A stretch of DNA of 64,000 bases from an uncultured delta proteobacterium (GTDB taxonomy: Bacteria > Desulfobacterota > RBG-13-43-22), in the NCBI GenBank assembly GCA_963802945.1, contig CAWDKY010000034.1:32001-96000 (forward strand). The letters run 5' to 3'. The stretch's first letter is position 1. Each line of letters starts with the position of its first letter. Positions 60,693 through 64,000 of the stretch are shown here, piece by piece. The notes under the pieces were generated by a model that made no database searches, was not told the origin of the DNA, and saw only the letters and a program-made list of their open reading frames with translations. The position numbers and the translations under genes are program-made.

Positions 60693-63095
60693 ATGACATT
60701 CGTATCAACCTGCGCCGTCACTCCCGAGCATTTATGGTCGGCGTCCTCAACCCTTTCACCTCGTGTGGAACGCTTACGCCGGCAATTTTTTTCCTTCTAT
60801 GAACGAAAATATACCAACGAAGTCCGGGCTTACACCACCGGCACACCCTGGGACGTTGTCTATTCCATATGGAATTGGACGAATGTGCCAGAAATCGCCC
60901 TGTTTCAGAAAGGATTTCGCAGTTATCTGTCTGCTGCAGCCCAGCCAGTGGAGTTGCCGACCGACTTTTGGAACGAACCATTGGTTATCCGCCAAGCCCT
61001 TTTCTTCCGCCAGGTGGTTAGCTCTCCATTGCCTGTTGAAATACTGGAAGGAGAGCTGATCGTCGGCTCCCACTTCAGCACGGCCCTCTCCCGCTGCCTT
61101 AAAAAAGACGAAGCCCGTCGCCGCGACCGGGAAGAGCAAACATTCCTCAAGGCCGGGGATAAACTCAACAGTGCCGGAGTGGGAAACTGCGGCGCTGTTC
61201 CCGGTCATCTGCTGCCCAACTACCCCAAGGTCCTTAAAATCGGCTGGAAAGGAATCCGGGATGAGGCCCAGGTTTTGTTCAACGATCCGGCAAGTACAAT
61301 TGAACAAAAGAATATGGCCCGGGCGATCATGATTTCCGCAGAAGCCACGCGTGATCTGGCCGACCGATATGCCGTCCTGGCTAAAAACCTGGCCGAAACC
61401 GAAACGGATCCGAAACGTCAAGACGAGTTGCAGGAGATCGCCCGCATCTGCCGAAAGGTCCCTTGGCTGCCACCCGAAACATTCTCTGAAGCCTTGCAAG
61501 CCCTTTGGTTCACGCACATGCTGGCCATGGCCGCCGAAAGTTATCCGGGGCCGGGCTTATCGCCGGGGCGAGTGGATCAGTACCTTTACCCGTACTACAA
61601 GGCAGATCGAGATGCGGGCCGCCTTACGGAAGAGTCTGCTCGCGAATGGCTGCAATGCTTGTGGATCAAACACAATTATGTCTACGATTATCAGGGCTGG
61701 ACCGGCACCAATCAGGGTATCAATTCTTCTTTCGGTCAGCTCATAACCCTGGGTGGAATGGATGCCGAAGGCCATGACGCCACCAATAACCTGACCTACC
61801 TGATGCTTGAAGTTATCGAAGAGATGAACCTATTAGAACCCAAGCCCAATGTGCGCGTCCATGCCGGTACCTCCGACAAGCTGCTCGATCGTTTGGTGGA
61901 GATGTTAGCCAAGGCCCAAGGGTCACCCTTCCTGATTAACTTTGACGAGAATTCCATCGCCGGTTTGCGTTGGCAGGGCCTGCCGGAAGAAAGGCTTTGG
62001 GATTACGCACCGGTTGGCTGCCTGGAAAACACCCTGATCGGTGACGACCGCTCCGGCACCGTGGATGTCAACCTGAATCTGGCTAAAGCCGTCGAATTAG
62101 TTTTAAACAATGGCCGTGATATGGCCACAGGAAAACAAATCGGACCGCGCACCGGTGACCCTGAAAAATTTAAAGGGTTCCCTCAGTTTATGGAAGCCTT
62201 TAAACAACAACTCAAAACCATCCTGGAAAAGCTTATCGCTGCCAATAACATGGCCGATGCAGGCCGGGCCCGTTGGGAACCGGTCCCTTACCTGAGCGCC
62301 CTGGTGGACGGCTGTCTGCAAAATGGCAAAGACTGCAACGCAGGCGGCGCCCATTATAATTTCTTAACGGTAGAAGGAGTGGCTTTGGCCACCGTTGCCG
62401 ACAGCCTGGCTGCCATAAAAAAGCTGGTTTATGAAGATCGCCAGATCGAAATGGGAAAACTGGTTGAGGCCATTCGGGCCAACTTTGAAGGGCAGGAGAG
62501 TCTTCGCCGGACTTTGCTGGCCAAAGCGCCCAAGTACGGGAATGACGAAGGTTATGCGGATGAGATCGCCCACGAGGTGAGCCGCTTTTGGACCGAAGAG
62601 GCCTTTAAGCACACTTCGTCCACCGGAAAGCGCTATCGTGGCGGCTATCTATCCTGGAATTACTGGATCGCTTATGCGCCGACGACCGCGGCCACGCCCG
62701 ACGGCCGCCTTCGAGGACAGTTCCTTTCCAATGCAGTATGCCCGGTCAATGGGGCTGACCGCAAAGGACCGACCTCGATCATCAAGAGTGTCGGTAAACT
62801 GGGTTTGGAGACTGCACCCAACGGCGCCAGTCACACCATGAGCTTCAGTCCGAACCTCTTGCGGAATCCCGAACAACGCCAAAAGCTCAAAGCCCTCTTA
62901 CGGGCCTATGGCCAAGTGGGTGGGACTTGCCTGCAGGTCAATGTAATCGACGCCGAAACCCTTAGAGAGGCTCAAAGGTTTCCCGACGAATACCATAACC
63001 TGCTGGTACGGGTCACGGGCTACAATGCCTATTTTGTCGGTCTGGGGAAAGAGATTCAAGACGAAATCATCGCCCGCGAATCGCACCTGATTTGA
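60693..63095 (+). CDS. Glycyl radical enzyme of unknown substrate (PflD/eliminase-like)
   Basis: Cys loop VGCLEN, PKYGND, ATPDGR, Gly finger LVRVTGY. Confidence 0.92.
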   Translation: MTFVSTCAVTPEHLWSASSTLSPRVERLRRQFFSFYERKYTNEVRAYTTGTPWDVVYSIWNWTNVPEIALFQKGFRSYLSAAAQPVELPTDFWNEPLVIRQALFFRQVVSSPLPVEILEGELIVGSHFSTALSRCLKKDEARRRDREEQTFLKAGDKLNSAGVGNCGAVPGHLLPNYPKVLKIGWKGIRDEAQVLFNDPASTIEQKNMARAIMISAEATRDLADRYAVLAKNLAETETDPKRQDELQEIARICRKVPWLPPETFSEALQALWFTHMLAMAAESYPGPGLSPGRVDQYLYPYYKADRDAGRLTEESAREWLQCLWIKHNYVYDYQGWTGTNQGINSSFGQLITLGGMDAEGHDATNNLTYLMLEVIEEMNLLEPKPNVRVHAGTSDKLLDRLVEMLAKAQGSPFLINFDENSIAGLRWQGLPEERLWDYAPVGCLENTLIGDDRSGTVDVNLNLAKAVELVLNNGRDMATGKQIGPRTGDPEKFKGFPQFMEAFKQQLKTILEKLIAANNMADAGRARWEPVPYLSALVDGCLQNGKDCNAGGAHYNFLTVEGVALATVADSLAAIKKLVYEDRQIEMGKLVEAIRANFEGQESLRRTLLAKAPKYGNDEGYADEIAHEVSRFWTEEAFKHTSSTGKRYRGGYLSWNYWIAYAPTTAATPDGRLRGQFLSNAVCPVNGADRKGPTSIIKSVGKLGLETAPNGASHTMSFSPNLLRNPEQRQKLKALLRAYGQVGGTCLQVNVIDAETLREAQRFPDEYHNLLVRVTGYNAYFVGLGKEIQDEIIARESHLI

Positions 63096-63186
63096 ATATG
63101 AACAATAGAGTCAATTGTTGTTCCACCATTTGCGGGACCGGAGAGATTCGAAATAGTCCGGGCGTTCGTGAGAAGGTCAAATCAGC

Positions 63187-64000
63187 ATGGATAACGGCCT
63201 GATCTTCAACCTCCAGCATTTCAGCACCGAGGACGGACCCGGTATCCGTACGACGGTCTTCCTCAAGGGCTGCTACCTGCGCTGCCCGTGGTGTCATAAT
63301 CCAGAAGGACTCCGGTCCGAACCCGATCTCATCTGGTATGACGTTCGATGCATCGGCGCCCAGGATTGTGTGAAGGTTTGTCCGGAAAAGGCCTTACATC
63401 TTTCGTCTGAGGGGATGAAAATCGACCGGAAACATTGCACCCTCTGCGGGAAATGTGAGAAAGCCTGCCCGGCAGCAGCTATAGAGATTATCGGCCGAAG
63501 CTTTACCCCCGAGGAGTTGATCGGCGAACTTTTGAAAGATCAGGTCTTTTACCAGACCTCAGGGGGAGGCATCACCTTTAGCGGCGGCGAGCCGATGATG
63601 CAGATCGATTTCCTTGGCCAAGTCCTGCCTCGCTGTAAGGAGGCGGGGATGCACGTGGCCCTGGATACCGGCGGCCCAGTCCCCTGGGAGCGCTACGAAA
63701 AGGTATTGTCCTGGGTGGACTTGATATTGTTCGATCTTAAATTGATGGACGAGGAAGGCCACAAACGGGCCACGGGCGTCTCAAACGCCCTTATCTTGGA
63801 GAATGCCCGCCGCATCGCCGCTGTAGGCAAATCGATGTGGATCCGAACTCCGGTCATCCCCGGTTATACCAATGATCCGGAAAATATCCGGGCCATCGGA
63901 GATTTTATCCGTGAAGCCTTGCCAACCGTGCAGCGTTGGGATTTGCTTGCCTACACCAATTTAGGCAAGCCCAAATACCATCGGCTTGACAGGCCGTATT
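63187..64000 (+). CDS. Glycyl-radical-enzyme activating protein (radical SAM with ferredoxin insert), truncated by the window end
   Basis: Not in the ORF track. Manual translation: MDNGLIFNLQHFSTEDGPGIRTTVFLKGCYLRCPWCHNPE..CIGAQDC..CP..CTLCGKC..CP..GGITFSGGEP. Confidence 0.95.
   Translation, partial: MDNGLIFNLQHFSTEDGPGIRTTVFLKGCYLRCPWCHNPEGLRSEPDLIWYDVRCIGAQDCVKVCPEKALHLSSEGMKIDRKHCTLCGKCEKACPAAAIEIIGRSFTPEELIGELLKDQVFYQTSGGGITFSGGEPMMQIDFLGQVLPRCKEAGMHVALDTGGPVPWERYEKVLSWVDLILFDLKLMDEEGHKRATGVSNALILENARRIAAVGKSMWIRTPVIPGYTNDPENIRAIGDFIREALPTVQRWDLLAYTNLGKPKYHRLDRPY

Noticed and set aside
1-64000. tRNA, rRNA or riboswitch genes
   Set aside because: None recognised by eye; a covariance-model scan would be needed to exclude them.

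Overview
Bacterial chromosomal window that looks like an anaerobic Desulfobacterota/deltaproteobacterium (inferred from gene content). From left to right it holds: (1) an O2/redox-stress cluster (glutaredoxin, ferredoxin:thioredoxin reductase, CopZ, rubredoxin, a FixL-like PAS kinase, flavodiiron protein); (2) fused lipB-lipA, gcvH, and dsbD between two Ig-like lipoproteins; (3) waaA-carA-carB-purF-kdsD-pfkA; (4) an accessory, partly damaged organic-acid catabolic island at about 20.2-32.9 kb (CoA transferase, LeuC-like hydratase, decarboxylating dehydrogenase, two esterases, AtuA-like/DUF4387 pair, two ICL/PrpB-type lyases, ThDP enzyme, IclR); (5) an integrase-less integron-like cassette array at 34.6-39.1 kb carrying a restriction-modification pair and three probable nuclease genes; (6) priA-def-fmt-rsmB-rpe; (7) a complete trp operon with a 4-Trp leader attenuator; (8) an uncharacterised glycyl-radical enzyme with its activase. 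The gene junctions contain three kinds of palindromic element: period-7 tandem arrays (often inverted pairs, twice inside coding sequence), REP-like doublets inside variable outer inverted repeats, and a ~220-bp element whose terminal stems covary between copies. Several housekeeping genes have single-base frameshifts, most likely sequencing errors. All protein assignments come from motif recognition by eye; no database search was run.
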